A stretch of 63,314 nucleotides of DNA, the filler included. It is 3 parts of 3 records of this genome, joined end to end, with 100 filler letters (N's around TTAATTAATTAA, not from the genome) between each part and the next. Parts side by side here need not be neighbours in the genome. Positions count along the whole stretch, not along the records: positions 1 to 16,217 come from SRR31156797_1398; 2 more parts are not named here. The stretch is one strand, 5' to 3'. The notes under the pieces are model-generated. The model saw only the letters and a program-made list of their open reading frames with translations, made no database searches and was not told the origin of the DNA. The translations under genes and the position numbers were made by a program. How positions within the stretch are numbered: position 1 is the stretch's first letter; every line of letters begins with the position of its first letter. Shown piece after piece: positions 1 to 8,685 of the stretch.

Positions 1-128
1 TAGGAGATTTAGAGGTGAGCGAGGGCAATTATATCTTAAAAGCCAATTCCCTGTTTCCTACTATTGAAAGCATTTGGCTTGAAAATTTTCTGCTAACATC
101 AATTTCCAGAATAGCATGTTTATCATAC

Positions 129-174
129 TTCCCTTTTGTAAAAAAAGCAAAAGGGAAATTCTTTTTTATTTTTT
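129..174 (+). terminator. Rho-independent terminator-like hairpin
   Basis: TTCCCTTTTG (129-138) pairs with CAAAAGGGAA (148-157), followed by a T-rich tract on +. Confidence 0.55.
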
Positions 175-193
175 AAAAGACCGCATAAACAAA

Positions 194-414
194 GGGAGAG
201 AGCTACTAGTTTAGCTCGGAGAACAGCCTGATTTGCTCGGAGAACAACCCTATCCGTGTAGATAACTGACCCATCCACCTCGGAGAGCCACTCATTCTGT
301 TCGGAGAAATAACCCATTGGGCTCGGAGAAGTACCCCTTTTATGCTGAGAAGTATTCCACCACCTCGGAGAAGAGGTTCATTTAGTCTGAGAAGTGTATA
401 AAGTGGTCGGAGAA
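194..414. repeat. 21-bp-period interspaced array, core CTCGGAGAA with variable 12-13 nt spacers
   Basis: Core or close variants at 215, 236, 279, 300, 322, 343, 364, 385 and 406; degenerate in-register copies at 194 and 257. Confidence 0.85.
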
Positions 415-446
415 GCCCGGTAATTCTAAAGTTCAGCCTAACTTAA

Positions 447-2015
447 CTACCCTTTCAAACTCATCTCAATAGCCTTGAGGGTTTGATAACTGGTATGATC
501 ATCGTTAAACTTGTTTGTAATACCTGCCTTTTTAAGGATTTCTTTGATTATACGGGTAGTGGTTAAATAATAATTTAGTTTTAAACCAGCAGTAACATTT
601 CCCAATGAATCGTTTAGTTTACTTATCGCTTTTGAATCCACTAACGGATTTATAAATGATGGATCAATTGGCTCGAAACGAGAGTGTAAAAACATATTAA
701 AATTCAATCGGTTTCGTGTATCCTGAAAAAACATTTTTTTAGCCGGCAACAAGCCTTTTGAATCAAAAAATGCTTTCACCCATAAACGATCCTTTCTTCT
801 CTCATTTGGTAGATTAAGCATTTTCATAACAATGCTAAAATTTAGAAAAGGTGTCCAGGCTGGTATACCCATCACCGATGGAATGGTCATTAAATAGCTA
901 AGCAATATCAGCTTAATACGCATTGTAATAATTGGATATAAACGAAGATCATTAAACAAGTACGAATACTTCTGTAGAAACTCTTTTTCAAGCGAATAAT
1001 CTGCTTTATTATCTTCCAGGTTAAAGTTTAATCCATGTGTAAATGCCAGTTTATATATATCCTTAGCATCATCAATTTTCTGATATTGATTACTACCTGT
1101 AAATACGCCTCCACAAATACCACTTACCATACTTAAGTCCTTAGTAGATATAGTACTCAAAACTTTCTGGTAAAACTCTATATGATACATTCCATGCAGA
1201 TGAGTAGAAAACGCAAACAAATCGTGCCATTGATGAATTTGGTTATAGGCTTCTTTTAAATAGATTTGATCCCAGGTATGCCCCATTTTATGAGCAAATT
1301 TACGCGCCTCCTGCACTTCAAAGCTTTTAGATTGGTGACTCGAAATTCCGTATGAATAGTTTTTTACCCGATCGTGATCGTGAATAGAATAATTTACTAT
1401 TCTGGAATCAAAACCCGCTGAGGTTGGAATGACAATCGTTCCGGATGTTTTAGCTTCAACATTTAAACTATACCTGCTTATTTCTTCCCAAATATCATCT
1501 TCAGAAGCTCCTTTGTATTGATCAATCTGTTTTACCGGATCTTCTTTATCCATTATTTCAATACGATCTCCAAAAATCAATTTTGAGAAAAAAGGCATAA
1601 ACAGAACGGATTGAAAAGGCGTTCTTCCAAACACACTAAAACCATATTTCAGATAGTTACTTAATCCTATATGATCAAAGGATTTATCATCAGTTAAGCA
1701 CACTTTTGGAAAAGAAGAAACGATACCGGCCTGCTGATTATAAAAAACAGGAATACTTCCTAACCAATCGTTTTCTATCTCAATACAATTTTCCAATACT
1801 CTTAGGATGCAATTATGATCTAATAGATTGTCAGATGCCGGAAATCCCATAGAATACAGCTGATTGACAGAAATCTTATTCTCATCTCCATAATAATAAA
1901 GGGATAAAACTCCTGAGGAATGCAGAATATCTTTAACCTGAACTTCTGTATTTAAAAGTGGTTTATATTCAATTTTATTTTTGGATAGAATAAAGCCAAT
2001 CAGTTTTGAATTCAT
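447..2015 (-). CDS. Asparagine synthetase-like (AsnB/WbpS-type) amidotransferase, polysaccharide-associated
   Basis: 522 aa; DWLGSIPVFY (DxxGxxPL-like) and PP-loop-like TSAGFDSR; adjacent to a flippase. Confidence 0.65.
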   Translation of the reverse strand: MNSKLIGFILSKNKIEYKPLLNTEVQVKDILHSSGVLSLYYYGDENKISVNQLYSMGFPASDNLLDHNCILRVLENCIEIENDWLGSIPVFYNQQAGIVSSFPKVCLTDDKSFDHIGLSNYLKYGFSVFGRTPFQSVLFMPFFSKLIFGDRIEIMDKEDPVKQIDQYKGASEDDIWEEISRYSLNVEAKTSGTIVIPTSAGFDSRIVNYSIHDHDRVKNYSYGISSHQSKSFEVQEARKFAHKMGHTWDQIYLKEAYNQIHQWHDLFAFSTHLHGMYHIEFYQKVLSTISTKDLSMVSGICGGVFTGSNQYQKIDDAKDIYKLAFTHGLNFNLEDNKADYSLEKEFLQKYSYLFNDLRLYPIITMRIKLILLSYLMTIPSVMGIPAWTPFLNFSIVMKMLNLPNERRKDRLWVKAFFDSKGLLPAKKMFFQDTRNRLNFNMFLHSRFEPIDPSFINPLVDSKAISKLNDSLGNVTAGLKLNYYLTTTRIIKEILKKAGITNKFNDDHTSYQTLKAIEMSLKG

Positions 2016-2034
2016 AGATCTATTGTGTTTGCTA

Positions 2035-2042
2035 CAAAAATA
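2035..2042 (-). promoter_or_regulatory. Bacteroidota sigmaA -7 element (TAnnTTTG)
   Basis: TATTTTTG on the minus strand about 20 nt upstream of the 2015 ATG. Confidence 0.45.
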
Positions 2043-2114
2043 TACTTATAGCCGAAATATACCTTATAATATAACTACTTAAACTCAGTAAGTATTATCT
2101 TTTCGGGTATAGAA

Positions 2115-3596
2115 TTAAAACAGCTTTGTTAACTGCTTCTTATCTTTTATAAAACCAACAATTCTTAGTAAAATGATATAGGCCATTGTTACGGCCAAAG
2201 ATTTAATAACTATGTTGATTCCTACCTGAACATATTGGTGGTATTCAACTTTTATTTGAGGTAAGTATTGAACCAACACCATAGCTAAAATACCACTAAA
2301 GAGTAATTTAAAGGAGTCTAAATTTACAATACTGATTTTAAATCGATAGGCTACATAAATAAGAATTAAAACAACATATATCAGTTTAGCAACCGCTGTA
2401 GAAAGAGCTGCTCCTTCAATACCCATGCTAGGTATTAACAATAGATTAAAAACAACAACCATTATCCCTAACAAAAAGGTAAATACAGTAGCTGTTTTGT
2501 AGTATTTAGATACTTTCAAGGTTACACCTCCCAATCCCATAAAACAATAAAAAATGTGAGAAAAAGAGATGTAAAAAACAACCATTTTACCCTGAGCATA
2601 TGAAGCTGGTAACACACTTAAAATTAAATCAATATTTATCCAGATATTGATAAAGATAAAAACGCCCAAAAATATTTGCGACAGACTACTTTTTTTAAGC
2701 AGAACTGATAATTCCTCATAATTTTTTTCATCTATCAATCGGGCAATTACAGGTGTACCGATTTTTCCCATAGAGCTTCGGGGAATACGTGTTAAGGTTC
2801 CAAAGTAGAAGGTAATGGAATATATCCCTGTTGATTTTAAACCTAAAAAGTAACTAATCATATACTTATCGATATAACTAGCCAAAATATCACTTAAGCC
2901 CGATAAAATATAGAAAAACCCAACACTAAATATCTTCTTGATATTCGGTTTATAATGGCCAAATGCGGGCAGTTTAAAACTTGCATCTCCTCTCCTGACC
3001 AAATAGATTAGTAAAGCAACTACCGGCACTGCCAAATTGAGCGTATAAAACAACAGAAAAACGGAAAAGGTAATAAGTTGAAAGTAGTATAAAACTAACA
3101 GTCCCAATATGATGATACGCACAATTACATCCTTGTATAAATTCCCAATGTAGGAGTTAAAGGTGGCGGCACTAAAAATATCTACCACTATAAATGCAAC
3201 TGAAAAGAAGGTTAAAGGGTAAATTAAATGATAGTACTGATCCTGTAAAGAAGTATTCATTTCACGGGTAGATAAAAATAAATCACCCCAAAAGAAAAAT
3301 ACGATCGTAAAAAGCAAAAAGCCAATACTGGCAAATAAGGAAATAAATACAAAAAAGGAATGATGGGCATTTTCCTTATTCCTGTATTTCGGAAAAAAAT
3401 AATTGATGATACCAGCCGCTCCTAATGAAGCAAACTGGGCAGAGACAGCAGAAACCGTCATTAAAATATTGATTAAACCAACTTGCTCTTCAGAAAAAAG
3501 TGTTGGAAAAAGCAAGGCTACATTTATTCCTCCTAATATTACGCCCAGATAAGAATAAAGAGAACCTTTTATTGTTTGTTTAATGACGATACCCAA
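2115..3596 (-). CDS. wzx: Oligosaccharide flippase (Wzx/MOP family)
   Basis: 493 aa, many hydrophobic segments; MGIVIKQTIKGSLYSYLGV N-terminus; YIDKYMI...GIYSI and GIEGAALST motifs. Confidence 0.8.
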   Translation of the reverse strand: MGIVIKQTIKGSLYSYLGVILGGINVALLFPTLFSEEQVGLINILMTVSAVSAQFASLGAAGIINYFFPKYRNKENAHHSFFVFISLFASIGFLLFTIVFFFWGDLFLSTREMNTSLQDQYYHLIYPLTFFSVAFIVVDIFSAATFNSYIGNLYKDVIVRIIILGLLVLYYFQLITFSVFLLFYTLNLAVPVVALLIYLVRRGDASFKLPAFGHYKPNIKKIFSVGFFYILSGLSDILASYIDKYMISYFLGLKSTGIYSITFYFGTLTRIPRSSMGKIGTPVIARLIDEKNYEELSVLLKKSSLSQIFLGVFIFINIWINIDLILSVLPASYAQGKMVVFYISFSHIFYCFMGLGGVTLKVSKYYKTATVFTFLLGIMVVVFNLLLIPSMGIEGAALSTAVAKLIYVVLILIYVAYRFKISIVNLDSFKLLFSGILAMVLVQYLPQIKVEYHQYVQVGINIVIKSLAVTMAYIILLRIVGFIKDKKQLTKLF

Positions 3597-3699
3597 TGCA
3601 AAAAGTTTTAATAATCTTAGATATATGCAACAAAGAAAGTAATTTTAAGCCGGATAATTCATAACGGGTTAAAACCTTCATTCATTAACGATTAAATTT

Positions 3700-4626
3700 A
3701 TGTCCGTAGCTCCTATAGTACTATTTACATTTAAGCGCTTAGACCATACAAAAAAAACAATTGAAAGTCTGCTTGCCAATACGCTATCAAGTCAAAGTAC
3801 GCTATATATTTTTTCGGATGAAGGTGCTACAGAGCAGGATAAAATATTAGTACAACAAGTCAGAACTTATCTAAAATCCATTGAAGGGTTTAAAGACATT
3901 GTTTATACATTTCATCAGGAAAACCAAGGTTTGGCCAACTCAATCATTAATGGCGTAAGCCAGGTTTTAGAGACACATGATACCGTTATTGTGTTGGAAG
4001 ATGATTTAGAAACCTCTCCTTATTTTTTATCCTTTATGAACGAGGCCTTGTCTTATTATAACCCTGAGAAAATATGGAGTATAGCCGGATATGCTCCATC
4101 GATTCAAATACCATCTGATTACACATATGACACTTTTTTAGTTCACAGAAACTGTAGCTGGGGCTGGGCTACCTGGAAACAAAACTGGCATAAAACAGAC
4201 TGGAGGGTAAGTGACTTTTCATCATTTTTTGTAGATCCAAGGCAACGTAAGCTTTTTAACCGTGGAGGGAATGATATGGCCATGATGTTGTTAAAACAGC
4301 AAAAAAGCATTATTCACTCCTGGTCTATACGCTTTCAATATGCCTCCTATAAAAATAACCTACCAAGCGTTTATCCGACTAAATCGCTTATTAAAAACCT
4401 GGGAGTGGATGGTAGTGGCACCAATATGAAGAAAAGCCGTAAATATGGCTCTAAATTGAATTTAGGTGATAATACAAGCTTTCATTTTTGTCCTGCTACA
4501 CAATTGAACAGTCATATTGAAAAACGATTCAGGAAATTTTACAATACATCCTTATATCGCAGCATGATAAATTTAACAAAAACTTTACTTGCAGTGCAGC
4601 AAATTAAAAAAAGCTCCACCAAATAA
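3700..4626 (+). CDS. GT-A fold glycosyltransferase
   Basis: PIVLFTFKR, NQGLANSII, VIVLEDD and SWGWATW motifs. Confidence 0.8.
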   Translation: MSVAPIVLFTFKRLDHTKKTIESLLANTLSSQSTLYIFSDEGATEQDKILVQQVRTYLKSIEGFKDIVYTFHQENQGLANSIINGVSQVLETHDTVIVLEDDLETSPYFLSFMNEALSYYNPEKIWSIAGYAPSIQIPSDYTYDTFLVHRNCSWGWATWKQNWHKTDWRVSDFSSFFVDPRQRKLFNRGGNDMAMMLLKQQKSIIHSWSIRFQYASYKNNLPSVYPTKSLIKNLGVDGSGTNMKKSRKYGSKLNLGDNTSFHFCPATQLNSHIEKRFRKFYNTSLYRSMINLTKTLLAVQQIKKSSTK

Positions 4627-4639
4627 ATTAGTGGAGCTT
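4611..4639. terminator. Hairpin between convergent genes
   Basis: AAGCTCCAC / GTGGAGCTT inverted repeat with an A-tract on the left; a second GC-rich hairpin lies at about 4652-4679. Confidence 0.5.
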
Positions 4640-4700
4640 CACTTATCATGAAGAGATCCGGACGGGGATCCGGAGCTCTGTGTTCTTTACGTAAAAAAAA

Positions 4701-5969
4701 TTAAAAGGTTAAGCTTAATTCTATTTCAAATACGCCCATTTCTAATTCAATTTCTTGCATATCCGGTAATGCCAATGGATTTGCCCCTTTAACAGAATTG
4801 GCTGGTGCATATACCAAAGCTATATTTAGATCCTTTGACTTTTCCTCTCCAATTGTTTTGGTGGCACCTAAAGTAAAATGCTGATTATTAATAGCCGGAG
4901 CCAAAATATTAAATAAGACTTCTGAAGAAGGAATAGGTTCATCGCCAAAAGCATAACCACCTCTAATTGTCATAGATTCGCAGGCTGCAAATTCAGCACC
5001 TATCTTTACAACCGACATATCTTTCCAGCCAAAACCGGCACCATCATCGCTTCCTAAAGCTCCTGCTCCAGTTGCAGGGTTCAACTTTGACATTGGATTA
5101 CCAATGGCTTTAATTTCACTAAAGTTGATTTGCTGATAATCCACCAATACTTTTAACTTTTCAGAGAATTCATAATTTAATCCAACTGTCCAGTTCGATG
5201 GTGCATCAAAACCGCCCTGCTCAGCGAATAAACCGGCATACTCTTCAAATTCACCCATTGAAGTGCGAGACTGATAAGTAGCACCTAAATGCAAACCATC
5301 CATTAACTCACCCATGTAACCTATTTTAAAACCAAAGCCCATACTATTATCGAAGTCGTTATTGGTTAGTTTAGCAGCATCTGTTGAAAACATACCAAAT
5401 GAGCTTAATCCTTCAGCTTTAAATCGTTGATAAGTTAATATTGCAGATACACCAATACTGTGTTTATCTGCAAACTTATACGAATAGGAAGGATCGAAAT
5501 TTAACTGCATAAAGTTAACTCCAGTATTTTCAATAGAAGCATCATAAAACGTTTGAGTTGGATAATCAGAAGCTATACCGCTACCGCTAATTGAAAAACC
5601 AAAGGCACTTTTATCATTAATTTGCCAGTTCGCGCCAATATTTGGGATAAATAATAAATTAATATCACTTTCAACTTTACCAGGAACTAAAGGAAAAGTA
5701 CCTGCTGCACCGCTTGGCATACCCATTACATTATAACTGGTACTAGGCATCATTAAATTAGCTACCACACTGTATTGGGTGCCTAAATATGCACGTCCAG
5801 CTGGATTGTTGGCAATAATAGATGTTTTATAATAGGCTACACCTGTACCGCCCATACCTTTACTAACGGTACCATAACCCAACATAAAATAACCATCTAT
5901 GGCTTTTAAAGAAGTAGGTATTGCAAAAGCACACATGGCTAGTAATAAAACAAGAGATAATTTTTTCAT
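4701..5969 (-). CDS. OmpP1/FadL-family outer-membrane transporter
   Basis: Signal peptide, GMGGTGVA...NNPAG hatch motif, amphipathic beta strands, C-terminal Phe. Confidence 0.85.
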   Translation of the reverse strand: MKKLSLVLLLAMCAFAIPTSLKAIDGYFMLGYGTVSKGMGGTGVAYYKTSIIANNPAGRAYLGTQYSVVANLMMPSTSYNVMGMPSGAAGTFPLVPGKVESDINLLFIPNIGANWQINDKSAFGFSISGSGIASDYPTQTFYDASIENTGVNFMQLNFDPSYSYKFADKHSIGVSAILTYQRFKAEGLSSFGMFSTDAAKLTNNDFDNSMGFGFKIGYMGELMDGLHLGATYQSRTSMGEFEEYAGLFAEQGGFDAPSNWTVGLNYEFSEKLKVLVDYQQINFSEIKAIGNPMSKLNPATGAGALGSDDGAGFGWKDMSVVKIGAEFAACESMTIRGGYAFGDEPIPSSEVLFNILAPAINNQHFTLGATKTIGEEKSKDLNIALVYAPANSVKGANPLALPDMQEIELEMGVFEIELSLTF

Positions 5970-6128
5970 AATAAAATAATTAAGTGAAAAATATATTGAT
6001 TAGAATTTATGTACATCCTAATAACCGGACTATTACTCCGTAACCCTTGTTTTTCCAAATCAGATAACGGTACGTTTAATTTACAATAATGTTACTAAAC
6101 GCACAATAGAAAATATATTGAAAAGAAA

Positions 6129-6157
6129 AAGGGTATCCATAAAAACAGAATACCCTT
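6129..6157 (-). terminator. Terminator downstream of the T9SS cargo gene
   Basis: AAGGGTAT / ATACCCTT stem with a T-tract on the minus strand. Confidence 0.55.
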
Positions 6158-6180
6158 CAAATAATTATATTATAATTCAA

Positions 6181-7206
6181 TTACTGAATAGCTACTTTTT
6201 TCGATGCTATAAGCTGATTACCAGAACCTGAAACTTTTAAGATGTATATTCCTGAATTAACGTCAACAACATCAATAATATCATCATGGTCAATAGTTCC
6301 TTTTTTCACTGTAATCCCATTTATGTCTACCAAAGAATAAGTATAAGATCCTTCTTCTCCATTAATAGAAACATTTATTTCATCATCTGCTGGGTTTGGA
6401 AAAACCTTTACTTCTATTTTCTTAAGCTCATATTGCTGATTAACAGTTTCTGTTGGTAAAACTACGTCAGGACAATTGCATTGTGAAAAAGTAAGATTAC
6501 CAGAATTATCCAAAACACCTCTCCAACAATTGCCATCAGGAGATTTCATAATAATACCCTTATCAATATCGCTGATATATACATCTCCGTCAGCTATCTG
6601 TAACTTGGCTTTAGGTTCTTTAACACCAACTCCCACATTATCGCTAAAAAAACCTTTTCCTTCGAAATAACCACCATAAGTCAATTCTTCATTAATCTGA
6701 TCTTTACCAATAACAGCGGCTATAACAGCATTTTCAGGGTAAACATTAATATTACCTCTTATTGTATTATATGAACCTCCTAAATAGTGGGTAGTGCCAT
6801 AATTATCATATGGTGCATAGTCATCAAATTCCAGAATAAACAAACCACCTGCACTTCTACTCATAATGCTACTTGCATTATCTCTATTTAAATAAAGTGC
6901 ACCTGCATAAGAAGTAGCCTGTGATGAACTACTCCAATTACTGGAATATCCAATTCTACTTCTGGATTTAAACTTTAACATGGAAGCATCAGTGGAATGA
7001 TTAACTATTAATCCATATCCACCTCCGTTTACACTATTCCATTTACTTGATATGGACAACATCGCATCTTCACCCATATTACTGCCGATAATTACCGGAG
7101 ACTCATAATAAATGGTATCATTCTGTTTTTGATTCCAATACTGTCCATTAGAAACTAAAGCAATCAACATGAACGTTGATAGTAAGGTTAAATGTTTGAT
7201 TTTCAT
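6181..7206 (-). CDS. Secreted protein with T9SS type A C-terminal sorting domain
   Basis: Signal peptide; VFPNPA...SGIYILKV...KKVAIQ C-terminal domain. Confidence 0.8.
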   Translation of the reverse strand: MKIKHLTLLSTFMLIALVSNGQYWNQKQNDTIYYESPVIIGSNMGEDAMLSISSKWNSVNGGGYGLIVNHSTDASMLKFKSRSRIGYSSNWSSSSQATSYAGALYLNRDNASSIMSRSAGGLFILEFDDYAPYDNYGTTHYLGGSYNTIRGNINVYPENAVIAAVIGKDQINEELTYGGYFEGKGFFSDNVGVGVKEPKAKLQIADGDVYISDIDKGIIMKSPDGNCWRGVLDNSGNLTFSQCNCPDVVLPTETVNQQYELKKIEVKVFPNPADDEINVSINGEEGSYTYSLVDINGITVKKGTIDHDDIIDVVDVNSGIYILKVSGSGNQLIASKKVAIQ

Positions 7207-7237
7207 TATTTAATTGATTAAAAAATTAGTAACGGTT

Positions 7238-8137
7238 TTAAAAATATAATATTTCTTTTGAACTATCACCTTCTTCATTCAAAATACTATTCAAAAGATG
7301 ATTGGCTAGTCTGCTGGCTCCAATTCGGAATAAGGAATTATTTAACCATTCCGTACCTAAAACATCTTTTACCACAGCATAGTATTGAATAGATTCCTCT
7401 GTAGTTGATATACCTCCGGCTGGTTTAAAACCTATTTTTTTACCTGTTTTTGCATGATAAGCTTTAATTGCCTGACACATTACATAAGCAGCCTCTAAGG
7501 TTGCAGCAGTAGCAATTTTACCAGTGCTGGTCTTAATAAAATCGGCACCTGCATCAATAGCAATGATGGAAGCCTGCCAGATTAGTTCAGGATCTTTTAT
7601 AGCTCCGGTTTCTAAAATAACTTTTAAATGTGCATTACCACATGCTTCTTTTAGTTGACGTATTTCCTCATAAACAAACTCATAATTTCCTTCTAAAAAT
7701 TCGCCAACAGAAATCACTACATCAACTTCAGTAGCACCAAAATCAATAGCTTTTTTGGTTTCCAGCACTTTTAAATCTAAAAACGTCTGTGAAGCTGGAA
7801 AACCTGCTGATACCACAGCTTTATTAACACCTTCTACTTTTAAATATTGATGAATTACAGGGGCAAAAACCGGATAAACACATACAGCTCCAACACTTGG
7901 CAATTGAGGGTAATCCTTTTTAAACTGATTCACCTTTTGTACAAAAGCAGATACCAAATCAGCTGAATCTGTTTCCTTTAAAGTCGTTAAATCAATACAA
8001 CTAAAAATCGTTTTCAGAACATCTTTATCTTTTAATAAAGCAGATGATTTATCTTTAATTATCTGAACTTCTGTATCTAATGTATTAATATCAAAGTTTA
8101 ATGGATATTCATCCAAAATATTTTCTGAAGGCATCAT
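7238..8137 (-). CDS. deoC: Deoxyribose-phosphate aldolase
   Basis: IDLTTL, LKVILETG, GADFIKTSTGK, GFKPAGGI and RIGAS motifs. Confidence 0.95.
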   Translation of the reverse strand: MMPSENILDEYPLNFDINTLDTEVQIIKDKSSALLKDKDVLKTIFSCIDLTTLKETDSADLVSAFVQKVNQFKKDYPQLPSVGAVCVYPVFAPVIHQYLKVEGVNKAVVSAGFPASQTFLDLKVLETKKAIDFGATEVDVVISVGEFLEGNYEFVYEEIRQLKEACGNAHLKVILETGAIKDPELIWQASIIAIDAGADFIKTSTGKIATAATLEAAYVMCQAIKAYHAKTGKKIGFKPAGGISTTEESIQYYAVVKDVLGTEWLNNSLFRIGASRLANHLLNSILNEEGDSSKEILYF

Positions 8138-8140
8138 ATT

Positions 8141-8464
8141 TTATTTCAATTTTGAATTGTTAGCGTGTCTGTCTTTATCTCTTTTTGTTTTCTTTTCAAT
8201 ATTAGTTTGAAGTGCCTGGGTTAAATCAACACCCGTTTGATTAGCTAAACATATTAAAACCCATAACACGTCGGCCATTTCATCAGCCAAATTATCTTCT
8301 TCTCCTTGTTTAAAAGATTGATCACCATATTTTCGAGCCATTAATCGAGCCAATTCCCCTACTTCCTCTGTTAAAATAGCCATATTGGTTAACTCACTAA
8401 AGTATTTTACGCCAATGGTCTTAATCCATTCATCAACCTTATTTTGAGCTTCTTGTATTGTCAT
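8141..8464 (-). CDS. MazG-like nucleotide pyrophosphohydrolase (YpjD-like)
   Basis: LTEEVGELAR...DEMADVLWVL motifs. Confidence 0.9.
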   Translation of the reverse strand: MTIQEAQNKVDEWIKTIGVKYFSELTNMAILTEEVGELARLMARKYGDQSFKQGEEDNLADEMADVLWVLICLANQTGVDLTQALQTNIEKKTKRDKDRHANNSKLK

Positions 8465-8620
8465 TTAATATTATTCTTACTGATATAATTAAGATTTCAC
8501 CATACAAATATGTGAAAAATTAAATTCTAAAAATCAGAATATCAAAGTATAAATATCAAATTATTATTAACCAATAAACCTTATTAACTTGAATTATAAA
8601 TATTTATTTATTTAAAATAT

Positions 8621-8638
8621 ACCGACCATTAGGTCGGT
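8621..8638. promoter_or_regulatory. Palindromic operator-like site ACCGACC-N4-GGTCGGT
   Basis: Perfect 7-bp GC-rich inverted repeat in an AT-rich divergent intergenic region, 47 nt before the nuclease ATG. Confidence 0.5.
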
Positions 8639-8685
8639 TGTAATAAAATTATCATCTTTGCATCAAGCCATAAAAAGAATAAATA

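Noticed and set aside
123..317. 64-aa ORF from the track
   Set aside because: It changes repeat register midway and runs through a terminator hairpin, so it is probably a by-product of the array.
194..414. CRISPR array interpretation
   Set aside because: A 9-nt repeat and 12-13 nt spacers are far below CRISPR sizes, and there are no cas genes in the window.
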